This document shows, piece by piece, positions 1-12,480 of a stretch of 64,000 bases of DNA (its first letter is position 1; every line of letters begins with the position of its first letter). The DNA is from Somniosus microcephalus (Eukaryota), in the NCBI GenBank assembly GCA_052327205.1, contig CM126230.1, positions 23,126,001 through 23,190,000 on the forward strand. The letters are read 5' to 3'. A program made the translations under genes and the position numbers. The notes beneath the pieces are model-generated. The model saw only the letters and a list, made by a program, of their open reading frames with translations. It made no database searches and was not told the DNA's origin.

Positions 1-560
1 TTATAGAACTGCTTTTGTCTTTCAAAGGACTGTGATGAGTCTGTTTGGACCGAGAGTGTGCAGGATAATCTGTTACCTAGTATTTGCTGATGTTTAGCCA
101 GTGTAAACATCACATATTTAGATATTGTAAACTGTCACAGTATTGACATTTGTAAAATGGTCTGCAACTGGTTTTTGCTTTGTAACATTGTGTGTAATAG
201 TCCTGAGTGTATACTATAAGTGCACACCAACAGTGGGATATAAGCTATATATATCTAGAAGAGCACTGTCCAAACAGTCTGTGATACTCCCTGTGGATGA
301 TCTTTGACAACCTTTGATTGCCCTGCTATTATGGGAACAACCAATTATCTCAAATGTCACCAACACTGCTGGCTGGTCTACCTAATTATGCTGCTTGTTT
401 CTACTTGGAAAGAAAGTACTATCAAAGATTATTTGTAAAAATCCTTTTTCAAAATGACACGTACCAAACGCTTTTGCTTTACAAAATTAGCATTAGGGTT
501 AGAAAAATGGGAAATGGATGAAGTACGTTTCTCCGCTCTGTATCTGACAAGGAGATCATT

Positions 561-1347
561 GGGGGCGGTTTTCTCAACCCGAGGAGGCGGGTATGGAGGT
601 GGGACTCCCTGGAAAATGCCCGAATCCATGCCATTTTCGCAGGAGGCGGGTTGTCGTCCTGTGCCGGGTCCCGTCTCCTTGGAGGCGGGAAGGGATTAAC
701 AGGCCGAAAATAGGATTATCCCGTTTTTGCCCTCACAAGTGTGGGCTTCCCGACGGCACCAAAACCCGCCAGCTCAGTGAGGTGAGTACTGGGTCTGCGG
801 GGGTCGGGGGGGGGGGGGCAAAGGTGTGGTGTGAAGGTAAGTGATGGGTGCAAGTGTGTAGAGGTGAGTATCTGAGGTAAGTCCTAAGTGATTTTAAAAG
901 TGTACTTACCTTTGTTTCTTCCTGCAGGCTTCAGTCGGTTTCTATACGGAGAGTCTTGCACCTCCGTGTTGCAGATGAGAGATGTCCGTTGCATTCTCCA
1001 ATGCAACAAACATCTCAATTCTGTCAAAGAAAGAAGGTTGATCTGGTCTTGTATGCAAGACCTCATCAAACTGCAGAGATTGCCACTGTTTGACAGCTTC
1101 ACAGAGCAGTCAAACGATGGCAATTCATCTGTCAAAAATTTTTGACAGATGACATGTCATACGTTGACGTGCTCTGCAACCGTTGACGGGCTTTCCCCTA
1201 ATTGGCCTGCTAAGCCCGTTGGGCGGGCTTAACAAGGTCAATCAAGGAAAAATAGCGTGGGTTGGCCACAACTCGATGGAGGCGGGACTGAAACCCGACA
1301 AGCGGGTGTCCCGCCTCCAACCCGCCTCCATTCACAAAATCGCCCCC
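561..1347. mobile_element. PIF/Harbinger-type MITE, family A
   Basis: TIRs GGGGGCGGTTTT / AAAATCGCCCCC; internal palindrome CTGTCAAAAATTTTTTGACAG; related copies at 7362, 17394, 41377. TSD imperfect here (ATT/AAT). Confidence 0.8.
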
Positions 1348-1402
1348 AATTATTGTATCTGAAGCTGCAACTTCACTGCTGCAGTAGGGGAAGAGAGGAG
1401 AA

Positions 1403-1728
1403 AGAAAGAAAGACTTACATTTCTATCGTACCTTTCACGACCACCGGACCTCTCAAAGCGCTTTACAGCCAATGAAGTACTTTTTGAAGTGGAGTCACTG
1501 TTGTAATGTGGGAAACACGGCAGCCAATTTGCGCACAGCAAACTCCCAACATCAGCAGTGTGATAATGACCAGATGATCTGTTTTTTTGTTATGTTGATT
1601 GAGGGATAAATATTGGCCAGGACACTGGGGAGAACTCCCCTGCTCTTCTTTGAAATAGTGCCACGGGATCTTTTACATCCACCTGAGAGAGCAGACGGGG
1701 CCTCGGTTTAACGTCTCATCCAAAAGAC
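1403..1728 (-). mobile_element. DeuSINE (SacSINE1-like), 5'-truncated
   Basis: Deu-domain core (GATGAGACGTTAAACCGAGGCCCCGTCTGC...) and L2-like 3' tail with (TTTC)n on the minus strand. Confidence 0.85.
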
Positions 1729-1769
1729 GAGTAAAACAAGGTGGCTGAAAGCCTGCCACTTAAGTTGGA

Positions 1770-1890
1770 GTGGAGAATGGGGATGTCGAGAATGGGGATG
1801 TGGGGAATAGGGATGTGGAGAATGGGGATAATGGGGATGGGGAGAATGGGGATGTGGAGAATGGGGATGCGGAGAATGGGGATGTGGGGA
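1770..1890. repeat. G-rich ~15-bp tandem repeat (GGAGAATGGGGATGT)
   Basis: About 8 imperfect copies read directly. Confidence 0.85.
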
Positions 1891-2091
1891 GGGCGGTGGA
1901 GGGTGGGGGAGAGGTCCAAAGGAAGCCAGAGTTGACCAAGCAAAGGATGTCCTAGAATGGAGGACTTGAGGAGTTTGGAAAGGTAAGGAGTGGGGTTGGG
2001 GAGCATGGCCATGAAGGATTTACAAATGAGGACGAGGCCTTGAAACCAATGTAGTGAGGAACAGGGCACAATGGAGCACCAGAATGTTGGG

Positions 2092-2480
2092 CAAAAGCAA
2101 AACACTGCGGATGCTGGAAATCTGAACTATAAACAGAAAATGCTGGAAATACTCAGCAGGTCAGGCAACATCTGTGGCGAGAGAAACAGAGTTAACGTTT
2201 CAGGTCGATGACCTTTCGTCAGAACTGGAAAAGCTTAGAGATGTAAGAGGTTTTAAGCAAGCACAGAGACAGGGAAAGGGGGAGGGGAGGAAAGAACAAA
2301 AGGGAAGGTCTGTGATTGGGTGGAAGGCAGGAGAGATTAAGTGACAAAAGGGATGATGGTGCGAGGCGAAGTGGGAGATGGTAATGGGACAAGTAAAGAA
2401 ACAAAAGATGGATCTAGAGGAGGTGTAAATGGGAATACCACAATCATCAGCAACAGCTGCTGTCCGAAAAATATTGGGCA
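2092..2480 (-). mobile_element. Penelope-like element terminal (pLTR) fragment
   Basis: Characteristic GCGGATGCTGGAAATCTG...CTCAGCAGGTCAGGC end and a hammerhead core; homologous to 25711-26405 and 33069-33453. Confidence 0.7.
2190..2226 (-). ncRNA. Minimal type I hammerhead ribozyme motif
   Basis: Minus strand reads agtt-CTGACGA-aaggtc-atc-gacct-GAAA-cg-T-T-aact: CUGANGA/GAAA core, stem II, stem I agtt/aact, palindromic ACGT stem III. Confidence 0.7.
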
Positions 2481-3013
2481 ATTTGGAATTGATGTAGGGT
2501 AGAGTTTGAGAGGTTGGCAATGGGAACTCTGAAGAAATCAAGCATGGACAGAATGCAGGCGTGGATTGGGGTTTCAACAGTTGAGGTGAGAGATAGGGGC
2601 TGAGGCAGACAATGTGGAAATAGACAGACTTGAAATGGAAAGGTCATGTGGATTGAAGCTCATCCCAGGGCCAAACTGTTGAATCAGCCTAAGCTAACAG
2701 CCAGGGAGGGGATGGAATCAGGGCAACAGTGCAGAGTTTTTGGTCGGAATAAAACAAGATGGCTTTGATCTCGTTAATGCCACGTTGGAGAAAGCTCTGG
2801 CTCATCCATAACTTGATGCAGGACAAGCAGTCCAGGGTAACGGGGGGATGTGTTTGTTCGGTGGCACTCTATAGATTCGTGTTCATTGGCCTTTGGAAAA
2901 CCCAAACACTTGAGTAAGACCAGCTCCTTAACCAAGGCTCGCAAAATCAAAATACTTACTGCCAGTGTCCCTTAACACTCGCTGATATATGGCGGCCTCA
3001 GAGATAACATACC

Positions 3014-3699
3014 GGCCTAGAAATTCAGTGCCCTTAGCACCGATTTTGCGGCGCTAGAGGGCCTAGCGCTGCAATTGGCGCCGGTTCCTAAATTGCCTGG
3101 GGCCCTTCCGCGGCGGTAGACCGGTAGCGCTGCGCCGGCACCGATTACGTCATCGGTGTGCGCAGCGTCCCGGTTGCCGTGGTAACCCGGCCCCAAGCCA
3201 AAATTCAGTTGCGGCCGCCTCGCCAGTGGCAGCCGCAACTAAGACTCCGGCAAACGAGTGTTGCCGGAGTCTGCGCCGGCGCTTTAAGGAGGCGTGGCGG
3301 CCGGCCGCTTTCCCGCCGGCCGCCTGCCCGCAGCTCCCTCCCCGGACTTCTCCCACCCCCCCCCCCGGAACAGATGCAAGCCCGGCACTTGTCCGAGGTG
3401 CCGGGCTCATTTTTGAAGAGATTTGCGCGGGCCGCGGCCGGGTGCAGGCAGCTCCTCCTTAACGGAAGGAGGAGGCCTGCACTTCCCGAGCCTGCCGCAC
3501 TGCAGCGGGCGCCGCAGCGCCGGAATAGCGCCGCAATGCAGCGCGTTGCGCCAGTTTTCAGGCGCTAAAACCCTTCAGTAGCGCCGGCAGCCGTTTGGGC
3601 GCGGCGCTACTGAATTTTTGGCGCGCACAAAGGGACTTAGCGCCGGCACTAACTTCCGGCGCTAAAGCCCTGGCGCAGCGTAAACTCAATTTCTAGGCC
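3014..3699. mobile_element. GC-rich PIF/Harbinger MITE, family B
   Basis: TIR GGCCTAGAAATT / AATTTCTAGGCC with exact 3-bp TSD ACC; homologous to 61873-62573. Confidence 0.9.
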
Positions 3700-3715
3700 A
3701 CCATTTTGAGAAAAA

Positions 3716-4472
3716 GCTCATTGAGGTTCCGCTAGGTTGCGCTGGTTTTATCGGCGCAATTCACCCGAAATCGGCGTAAACGGCGCAAAAGATCGCAGAA
3801 TTTTAAACACAAATTACATTCGCCGCAACACGAGCTTCTGCGATCTTTTGCGCTGGTTTAAACATCGCGCTAGCAGCAGGCCCCTCCCACAAAACTGGCC
3901 ACGTCCCCAGGGTGAATTAACCACCACGAGGACTTTTCGCTAATTGCGCTCGTAGGCAGCCCTTCGAGGGGGCTCCAAAAATTAAGCTGGATCTTTTGGG
4001 AGCAAGGACACTAATGGGAACATTTGCAAAAGCTTTTGAATCTAATTTCTTTTTAATTTACTAAGAAACTGACTACCGTACCCCCCAATATAACTAACAA
4101 ATGGTTCTGTATATTTTTTTAAAGTCATTTTCAGTCATTTAAAATCGGGTTACTCTCAGATGGTGGATTGACACGATGATTAACAAAGTGTATTTTTTTG
4201 GTGTTAAACCCATTTTCTCCTATATTAATCAAACTGCACCAAGCTACCACTCGTAAATATATCAAGGAATATTTTTTAAAGCACATTTTTAAAAAATTAT
4301 GTTTTAAAGCGTTGCCCGATCGTGCTGGTTCACAGCAGATTTTGCGTTTGGCGATATGCAAATGAGTTTGAGTGGAAACCCGAGAATAAAAAACACTTCT
4401 CAAAACGGGCACCTTTTTGGAGGTAATTGATGGCCAGATCGCCGATTGCGCCCAAAGCGGAAACTCCATCCC
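3716..4472. mobile_element. Older MITE, probably Harbinger-type
   Basis: Degenerate TIRs (GAGGTTCCGCTAGGTTGCGC vs GCGCCCAAAGCGGAAACTC); GCGC-rich subterminal repeats. Confidence 0.5.
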
Positions 4473-4561
4473 ATAGTCTGATAAGTGTTTCCTCCCTCAC
4501 CCCTCTCCCTCTCTCACTTGCCACCTTTCTTGTCTTTTTCTATGTTACTGATATGTTTATT

Positions 4562-4770
4562 TAATTCATTCCTGGGATGTGGGCATCGCTGGCAAGGCCA
4601 GCATTTATTGTCCATCCTTAACTGCCCTTGAGAAGGTGGTGGTGAGCCGCCTTCTTGAACCGCTGCAGTCCGCGTGGTGAAGGTACTCCCACGGTGCTGT
4701 TAGGGAGGGAGTTCCAGGATTTTGACCCAGTGACGATGAAGGAACGGCTGATATATTCCCAAGTCAGGAT
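4562..4770 (-). mobile_element. 3' fragment of a CR1-group LINE (family X; L2/Crack/Daphne-like, clade uncertain)
   Basis: Reverse complement of the ...SWNSLPNSTVG...FKKAAHHHLLKG 3' end seen at 8972, 23975, 33184 and 34314. Confidence 0.8.
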
Positions 4771-5590
4771 ACTGCCATAGTAATTATTCTCTGACCTTTC
4801 TTCCTAAGTTCCAACTACGGTATTCTACACACTCATCTTTCCCCCTGCATCCTCACTGCGGCAAACTCAAGATCTACCGCACAGTCTCCTAACTCCTAAC
4901 TCATTCTTTCCTAGTACTTAAAAATTATAGCTCTCCTGTCTCACTCAGTCAAACTGCCTTCCTACAATCTACAGGCTTTTAAATCCCAAGTTTGTTGTCA
5001 CTTAGCCCCTATAATTTTGATTTATATCTTCTCTTCTATTCTTTGCACTGTACCGGGCATGATTCACTCGTTTTTTTTTTAACAATAGAAAAAAGTATTT
5101 TGTCAACTGTGGGGTCGGGGGTCGGGAACGCATCCTTGCCCATAATGCAGCCAGCATTAAACCCTTTGCTGATACTCAGGCACTGCTGATAACCAATAAA
5201 CCATTACTGCTGTCTCATGCTGCTTTGTACTGCTTCCAAAATCAACATTAAAGAGACGGCCCACTGCGTAAATGCTTTTTTTTTAAATAAAGAATTAAAT
5301 CAATTATTTCATTTTTCATGAGTAAAGCTTTCTTGCTTGCTGTGGTTGTGGCTTTGAATCCTGCTGGTAGCTTTGCTTGCACTTCTTATAAATGTATCCG
5401 CAGATCTGTGATCTGTTGAATAATCTTAATTTCCCAGTAGTGCTGTCAATCTAAGGGTGTGGATATAGAACGACTGCCCAGCAGCCATTTATTAAGATAA
5501 TTATGGGTCGTCTTGATCAGATCTGGGATACAAGCCACCATGTCCATGATAGGTCAATAGGATAGCCACCTTTAGATAACTCTTAAACAT

Positions 5591-6040
5591 AAAAAAAACT
5601 TGCTTTCATATAGCACCTTTCACAACTTCAGGATGTCCCAAAGCACTTTACAGCCAATGAAGTACTTTTGAAGTTTAGCCACTGTTGTAATGTAGGAAAT
5701 GCAGCAGCCAATTTGCACACAGCAAGCTCCCGCAAACAGCAATGTGTAATGACCAGATAGCCTGTTTTTTTTGTAATGTTGATTGAGAGATAAATACCAG
5801 CCAGGACCCCTGCTCTTTGAAATAGTGCCTGGGGACCTTTTACATCCACCTGAGAGAGCAGACAAGGCGCTGGTTTAATGTCGCATCCGAAAAGCAGCAC
5901 CACTGACAGTGCAGCACTCCCTCAGTACTGTACTGGAATGTCAGCCTAGATTTTTGTACTCAAGTCTCTGGAGTGGGACTTGAACCCACAACCTTCTGAC
6001 TCAGAAGCGAGGGTGCTACCCACTGAGCCACGGCTGATAC
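5591..6040 (-). mobile_element. Full-length DeuSINE (SacSINE1-like)
   Basis: tRNA-derived head with A box (TGGCTCAGTGG) and B box (GGTTCAAGTCC), Deu domain and L2-like tail. Confidence 0.9.
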
Positions 6041-6185
6041 TTCTGGGATAGGCGTTCAGTTCTGAGGTTTGCTTTGCCCCCAGTTTAAAACACTTTGCAA
6101 TCTTCCATATTTATTGCCTCCACATCATGAAAAAGAGAAGCAAGTGAAAAGTAGACCTCTGGTGTAAAAAACCCCCCAGACTTTT

Positions 6186-6382
6186 GGGGGGTAGTTTTCA
6201 CCCTCAGTGCTTGAGCGATGATCTGGCAGAGCAGGCCACCCACCCATTGTACCACCTGACTGCTTTTGATCGCACTGCCCCCCATTGATTTCGATGGGAT
6301 GACAATTGGGCGGGTTCTCCAACGAGTGGGCAATCCTCGATGCCAGGTTTCCAACCAGCTGGTGAAGGTTAAAATGGGCCCC
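6186..6382. mobile_element. Short Harbinger-type MITE
   Basis: GGGGGGTAGTTTTCACC / GGTTAAAATGGGCCCC imperfect TIRs flanked by TTT on both sides. Confidence 0.6.
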
Positions 6383-6764
6383 TTTGGTCTCTGCTTTATA
6401 ACTTAGCAATTTCTGGATGCTCATTCAGAAACCCAGCTGTTACGGCCAAAAATCAAAAAAATTGGAAGAGGTTTTTAGCCTCGCAGGATGTTGCACTGGC
6501 CAACACGTTTCTAGTAGTCAAGTTAAAAAGAAAGCTGTGGTTTGAAGCCAGAGTAATCTCAAACGCAATCGAAGGTCAAAGAAATTTCTCCTGCTACCCA
6601 TGTAAGTCTAATTGTTAAGTTACAATTGCAAACGCTGGGCATTGTAATACTGAATCCGTTCAGGCCTATCCAAAAAGGCTGTGTGTGAAGAGATAATCCT
6701 GAGAATATTTGCTAATTTTGCAACTTTTATTGTTTGGGAACTGTATAGTTAGGTAATTAAAGAA

Positions 6765-6845
6765 ATAAAGAAAGACTTGCATTTATTTAGCGCCTTTCAC
6801 GACCACTGGACGTCTCAAAGCGCTTTACAGCCAATGAAGCACTTT
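6765..6845 (-). mobile_element. DeuSINE 3' tail fragment
   Basis: AAAGACTTGCATTTATTTAGCGCCTTTCACG...CAGCCAATGAAG matches the SINE tail. Confidence 0.75.
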
Positions 6846-6967
6846 GGGAATGATCTCCTGATTTGCACCTAGCTTTGTGCATTCATTTTAGTAAGCATGG
6901 ATTCATAAATTTTAGCCTGAGCTATCTGGTAGATTGAGATCTGAGAGATATAGGGGATTTCTATTGC

Positions 6968-7350
6968 ATACCTTCTCCTTGGAGCAGAGAAGGCTAAGAG
7001 GAGATTTGATCGAGGTGTTTAAAATCATGAATGATTTAGATAAAGTAAATAAAGAGAAACTGTTTCCAATGGCTGAAGGGTCGATAACCAGAGGCCACAG
7101 ATTTAAGGTGATTGGCAAAAGAAACAGAGGCTACACGAGGAAAAACTTTTTTACGCAATGAGTGGTTAGGATTTGGAACGCATTGCCTGAGAGGGTGCTG
7201 GATACAGATTCAATAGTCGTCTTCAAAAGGGAATTGGATAAATACTTGAAGGAGAAAAAATTCCAGGGATATGGAAAAAAAACGTGGGGAGTGGGACTAA
7301 CAGGATTACTCTTGCAAGAGCTGGTGCAGACTCGATGGGCCCCTGTGTTG
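6968..7350 (+). mobile_element. CR1 LINE 3' fragment
   Basis: FSLEQRRLRGDLIEVFKIM...TRGHRFK...WNALPE, the CR1 ORF2 C-terminus. Confidence 0.9.
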
Positions 7351-7361
7351 TACTAGTCTAT

Positions 7362-8194
7362 GGGGGCGATTTTGTTAATGGGAGCGCGTTGGAGGCAGGA
7401 CTGCTGCTTGGCGGGTCGATGTCCCGCCTGCATTGATTTGTGGCCAACCCACGCTATTTTCCCTTGATTGACCCTGTTAAGCCCACCCAGTGGGTTTAGC
7501 AGGCCAATTAAGGGAAAGCCGGTTGCAGAGAACATCAACGTATGACGTTTCATCTGTCAAAAATTTTTGACAGATGAATTGTCATCGTTTGACAGCTCTG
7601 TGAAGCTGTTAAACACTGACATTCTCTGTAGTTTGATAAGTTATTGAATTCAAGACTCATCAAACCTCTTTCTTTTACAGAAATGAGATATTTGTTGCAT
7701 TGGAGAATGCAACGGCCATCTGTCATCTCTGCCGCGGAGGTGCGAGACTCTCCACATACCCACCGACTGAAGCCTGCAGGAAGAAACAAAGGTAAGTCCA
7801 CTTTTACTAACACTTTGCACTTACCGCGGATACTCACCTCTCCACTCTTGCACCCATCACTTACCTTCACAGCGCACCTTTGCACCCCCCCAACCCCCGC
7901 AGACTCAGTACACGCCTCGCTGACTTGGCAGGTTTTGGAACCTTCGGGAAGCCCGCACTGGTGAGGGCAAAAAAGGGATAATCCTATTTTCTGCCTGTTA
8001 ACTATCTGTTAACAGGCAGTTAATAGGCTTTAATCCCTTCCCGCCTCCAAGGAGACGGGACCCAGTGCGGGACGGCTACATGCCCCCTGGCAAGATGGCA
8101 TGGAGGCGGGTTGGGGGCGGGTTGAGCACCCGCTGCCAAATTCTGCCATTTTCCCAGCAGTCCCGCCTCCAAGGGGCTGAGAAAATTGCCCCCC
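7362..8194. mobile_element. Harbinger MITE family A, inverted relative to the 561 copy
   Basis: TIRs GGGGGCGATTTT / AAAATTGCCCCC; body is the reverse complement of 561-1347. Confidence 0.85.
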
Positions 8195-8654
8195 ATGATT
8201 CTATTCTTATCGGAGGCCATTGTTTGTCCTACAACACCACTATCCCAGATATTTCACGTATAATGTCACATTTTGGACTTGCCTGTGGAAGCTGCCTTTG
8301 CGTTCAGTAGAAGCATTGGAAATAGCCTGAATTCTAACAGTGGATTCAGTGGAAATTTTTGAAATATGAACTGGGCATCAAAAGCGGAAAGCCATTTCTT
8401 CCCACTTACTTCTGTATTTTAAGTTGCGGTGGTATGACTTATTAAGCTTCTCGATGAATTTTCATCGTCGATAAAGTAAGCATCAGAACACAAGCCATCA
8501 TCTCCCTCCCCATCACCTACTACTATCTTGCCCTGTGACCATCTTACCTGCTCTCCGGCTTCAGAATTAACTACGTGTTGTGGATTAATACCCATGTAAT
8601 ATGAGTTTAATTTTGCCCAATGTAGAATGCTTACTTCATGGATTGTGAATTTTA

Positions 8655-8965
8655 TTTTTAATATTTCTTCTTGGGATGTGGATGATACTGGCAAGGCAGT
8701 ATTTATTGCCCATTCCTGGTTGTCCTGAGGGCATTGAGAGTCAACTTTGTAGTATAGGACTGGAGTCACATGTAGGCCAGACCAGGTAGGGGTGGCAGGT
8801 TCCTTTCCCTGAAGGACCTCAGTGAACCAGTTGGGTTTTTGCAACAAACTGGCAGTTTTCATAGTCACTCTTGGGGCTACTCCACGAATGACCAGATTTA
8901 TTGAATTCAATTTCACAATTGATCATTGAACTCACAACCTCTAGGTTGCTGGCCTAGTACCATAA
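8655..8965 (-). mobile_element. Old tRNA-derived SINE sharing the family-X LINE tail
   Basis: Degenerate tRNA-like head (GTTGTGAGTTCAA) and GCAATAAATACTGCCTTGCCAG tail; related copy at 15225-16320. Confidence 0.6.
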
Positions 8966-8971
8966 GCAGCC

Positions 8972-9415
8972 AGGACACCATCCAGGACAAAGCAGCCCAT
9001 TTGATTAGCACCCCATCCACCACTTTAAACATTCACTCCCTCCAGCAGTGTGTACCATCTACAAGATGCACTGTAGCAACTGGCCAAGGCTTCTTCGGCA
9101 GCCCCTCCCAAACCCACGACCTCTTCCACCTAGAAGGACAAGGGCAGCAGGCGCATGGGAACACCACCACCTCCACGTTCCCCTCCAAGTCACACACCAT
9201 CCTGACTTGGAAATATATCGCTGATCCTCCATCGTCACTGGGTCAAAATCCTGGAACTCCCTCCCTAACAGCACTGTGGGAGCACCTTCACCACACGGAC
9301 TGCAGCGGTTCAAGAAGGCGACTCACCACCACCTTCTCAAAGACAATTAGAGATGGGCAATAAATGCTGGCCTTGCCAGTGACGCCCACATCCCATAATC
9401 GAATATTAAAAATAA
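8972..9415 (+). mobile_element. Family-X LINE 3' fragment
   Basis: IQDKAAHLISTPSTTLNIHSL...; 3' UTR GGGCAATAAATGCTGGCCTTGCCAG followed by an A-rich tail. Confidence 0.85.
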
Positions 9416-9496
9416 ATAACCATTAGCTGCCATACCCTGCTCAGGGAATGAAGCATGAAACAGATTTTCTTGCATTTGCCCATAGCCTTTGCATGT

Positions 9497-9673
9497 CCTG
9501 ACCAATATTTATCCCTCAATCAACATCACAAAAACAGAAGTGTGCTTGCTGTGCACAAATTGGCTGCCGCGTTTCCCACATTACAACAGTGACTACACTT
9601 CAAAAGTACTTCATTGGCTGTAAAGCACATTGGGATATTCTGTGGTTATGAAAGGCGCTCTATAAATGCAAGA
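9497..9673 (+). mobile_element. DeuSINE 3' half; tail interrupted by the solo LTR and resuming at 10850-10870
   Basis: Deu/tail sequence ends TATAAATGCAAGA and continues AAGACTTTCTTTTCTTTCTTT after the LTR. Confidence 0.8.
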
Positions 9674-10849
9674 TGAAAGGATTCACAAATTTCATGTCTC
9701 CCCCGAAGATTTACTTTTGGTTTAGTAAAGAAACCCTGGTTGGACTGAGTTTAAAATCCAGGGCTCAACAAGATGGCTGCGGTCAGCCTCATGGCCAAAG
9801 CCTGTAAGTTTCAGTTTAGACTGACAGCTTGTATTCTCATGACTGTATGAAGGAACTTTCCGGAAACTCGAACGCAGACAGACCTTCTGCATTTATGCAT
9901 GAGAAGCAAACCCAGTGGCATTCGGGCCTCTGATTAAAAACCATCAAGGTTGTTTACACAAAAAATCAAGAGCAGGCAAGGCCTATTCAATATGTAATGG
10001 GACAAGCTTAGCTGCATTTCAGACCTTCATTAGAGAACATCGACACTGTTTACAAACGATCAACGGGGCATTCAGACTGGAATGGCCCCATCACGAAACC
10101 CGTTGGACAAAGGGGAACACTGATGAGACGTTTAAAACTGATCAATCGGCCATCCAGGTCGATGGGCCCAGATCGGTACCTTTTGTATGAGATTTAACAC
10201 GTCCAGATCAGTCAAAAGAAATGAGCTGATCTGGCGGGAGATAAGGGCTACCGGGAAGGGTATAACTAGTCCCTCGGGAAGCCATCTCTCTCTCTCTCTC
10301 CTGCCTCGCCTCCAGTGCCCTGCCTTACCATCAACCCAGCAAGAGGACCGTCGACGAAGAGCCCGTCCAGGGAAGTAGAATGCCCGCAGTTACATTTAAA
10401 TTACTGGGGTATCTCTGCTTTGGGTGGTGAAAACCTAAGACATCGGCAGGCAACAGGGCACGGAGCAGGCGTTTCAACATCCTAGACTGGTGAGCATCAA
10501 TTTTCTGGCCCATCACAAGACAATCTAGATAGGCGTAAAGGGTGGGAGTTAAGGGGAATTGCTAAAGTGTCATTTTAGTCATTTTCCCTCGATGTGTCCA
10601 TTTCTCCTCCCCCGTTAAGTGTAATTGTGCTGCATCCATAGTGATTTTCTCTGTATAGTAATTGTTCTCTATTTTAATAAACTGGTTTTCTTTGCACCAA
10701 ACCACTGGTCTTGTTTGTCTATATCGCTACTCGTAAATAAGTCCGGTGGTCAGAACCAAAGGGAAAGCGATTCGAACCGGACGGGGCTGGAGCAGCTCAG
10801 ACACACGACTGACTGACCAGACACAAACCCCAAACCAAAACCCCCTACA
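9674..10849 (+). mobile_element. Solo LTR, 1176 bp (ERV-like or Gypsy)
   Basis: TG...CA ends, 4-bp TSD AAGA (9670-9673 / 10850-10853), TATA-like TATAAC at ~10261, AATAAA at ~10676. Confidence 0.75.
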
Positions 10850-11537
10850 AAGACTTTCTTTTCTTTCTTTAGGTTCTTCACAGAGTCCATATCAATTGGC
10901 TCCACGGCAGCTTATAAATCTCTCTCACCCCTGCCAAATCAAACAAGAGGCGCCCCAGTGCCATGTCTTTGATGGGTGGGTATCAAATGATCAATCTCCT
11001 GTGTGTATCTATGCAACAAATCCATGTTTGTGAGCAATATGAGATATCTGTAGCTTTGGGGACCTTCCTAAGTCTGTGGCTGTTTCAAAGCAGGCAGAAA
11101 ATGCAGTAGTCAAATACTGCATCCAGTAAATGAGCACACATGTAAATTATCTGTGTTGATCGCAGAACAGGTCCAAAAGTTAATCTCTCATGAACAGATT
11201 CAACTCAAATCCACCGCAAGCTGTAATCGAAACCATATAGGCAAGATCTTCATATCCGGACCAACACCATTCTGTTGAGATTTCCACCCAGGTTTTCTGT
11301 TAAATTCTGTGATTGTTTTTACTTGTTTTAGTGTGCAGTTCATGGCAGCGTCTTGTCAAATGCTTTGCCCTGCATTCTGACGGAGAAGCATCAACAACGC
11401 TTCAAAAATAGATAGCAAAGCCTCCAGAGTTTTAACTGCATTGGAGACCCAGTTTTTCTACCTGAACTGCTATCAAATTAGTTGAGGCCTGTACTGTGCT
11501 TATAAATATAGTGATTTTCCACTTACGCAGCTACCAA

Positions 11538-12172
11538 GCGTCACCCTTGACTCAGTGGTCACACTCTCGCTTCCGAGTCGGATGCTCTACTCTAGGGACT
11601 TGAGCATATATTCTAGGCTGGCACTTCAGTGCAGTACTGAGGCCCCATCTGCCCTCTCGGGTGGACGTAAAAGATCCCACGGCACTTATCGAAGAAGAGC
11701 TGGGAAGTTCTCCCTTCTAAGGATAAGGGGTAAGCCATTTAGGACAGAGATGAGGAGGAATTTCTTCACCCAGAGAGTGGTGAACCTGTGGAATTCTCTA
11801 CCACAGAGGGCGGTGGAGGCCAATTCATTAAATATATTCAAGAAGGAGTTGGATATATTTCTTAAGGCTAAAGGGATCAAGGGATATGGGGAGAAGGCAG
11901 GGACAGGGTACTGAATTTGGATGATCAGCCATGATCTCATTAAATGGTGGAGCAGGCTCGAGGGTCCGAATGGCCTACTCCTGCTCCTATCTTCTATGTT
12001 TCTATGTTTCTATGTCCTGGCCAACATTTATCCCTCAACCAACACCACCAAAAAAAACCCAGATTATCTGGTCATTTATTTCATTGCTGTTTGTGGGAGC
12101 TTGCTATACACAAATAGGCTGTCATGTTTCCTACATTAGAACGACGACTACACTTCAAAAGTACTTCAGTAG
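11538..12172 (+). mobile_element. DeuSINE interrupted by a CR1 fragment
   Basis: SINE head and Deu domain to ~11713; resumes TGTCCTGGCCAACATTTATCCCTC at ~12014. Confidence 0.8.
11714..12013 (+). mobile_element. CR1 LINE 3' end
   Basis: LRIRGKPFRTEMRRNFFTQRVVNLWNSLPQ...GY*, 3' stem-loop and (TTCTATGT)n tail. Confidence 0.92.
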
Positions 12173-12480
12173 CTGCATTAGGGTTGGAATTGGGCACCTG
12201 AAATAAGCGCCAATTTGGTTGAAGCTTTGGCGGAACAGAACTGAGGTGTATTTGTCTCTCCCTGATCGACCACCTACCCAATTCCAGACATGGACTTGCT
12301 CCAGTTTCCTTTGCCCTGGTGAGGGGGTAGCTGACCAACAAGTTCTGCCAGAGACAAAGCCAACCACCTCAGATTGGAGGAGCAACCATCTCCCGTATTA
12401 ACACTGGGGAGGAGTTTCTCCCTCTCACCAAGTCAGTGGCTATCGCGTTATACTATAGGTAGACTTTTGCCTTTAATACT

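Noticed and set aside
1-520. 3' UTR of a neighbouring gene
   Set aside because: AT-rich composition only; no coding or splice evidence within the window.
1716-2105. Low-complexity ORFs (IPIL, MG and ENGD repeats)
   Set aside because: Translations of a G-rich 15-bp tandem repeat.
3017-3568. GC-rich ORFs and CpG-island-like promoters (also 22062-22679, 29889-30526, 61793-62523)
   Set aside because: They lie within TIR-bounded multicopy MITEs and show no protein motifs.
5970-6040. tRNA gene (also ~17190-17257 and ~18915-18984)
   Set aside because: A/B boxes belong to SINE heads continuous with Deu or V domains.
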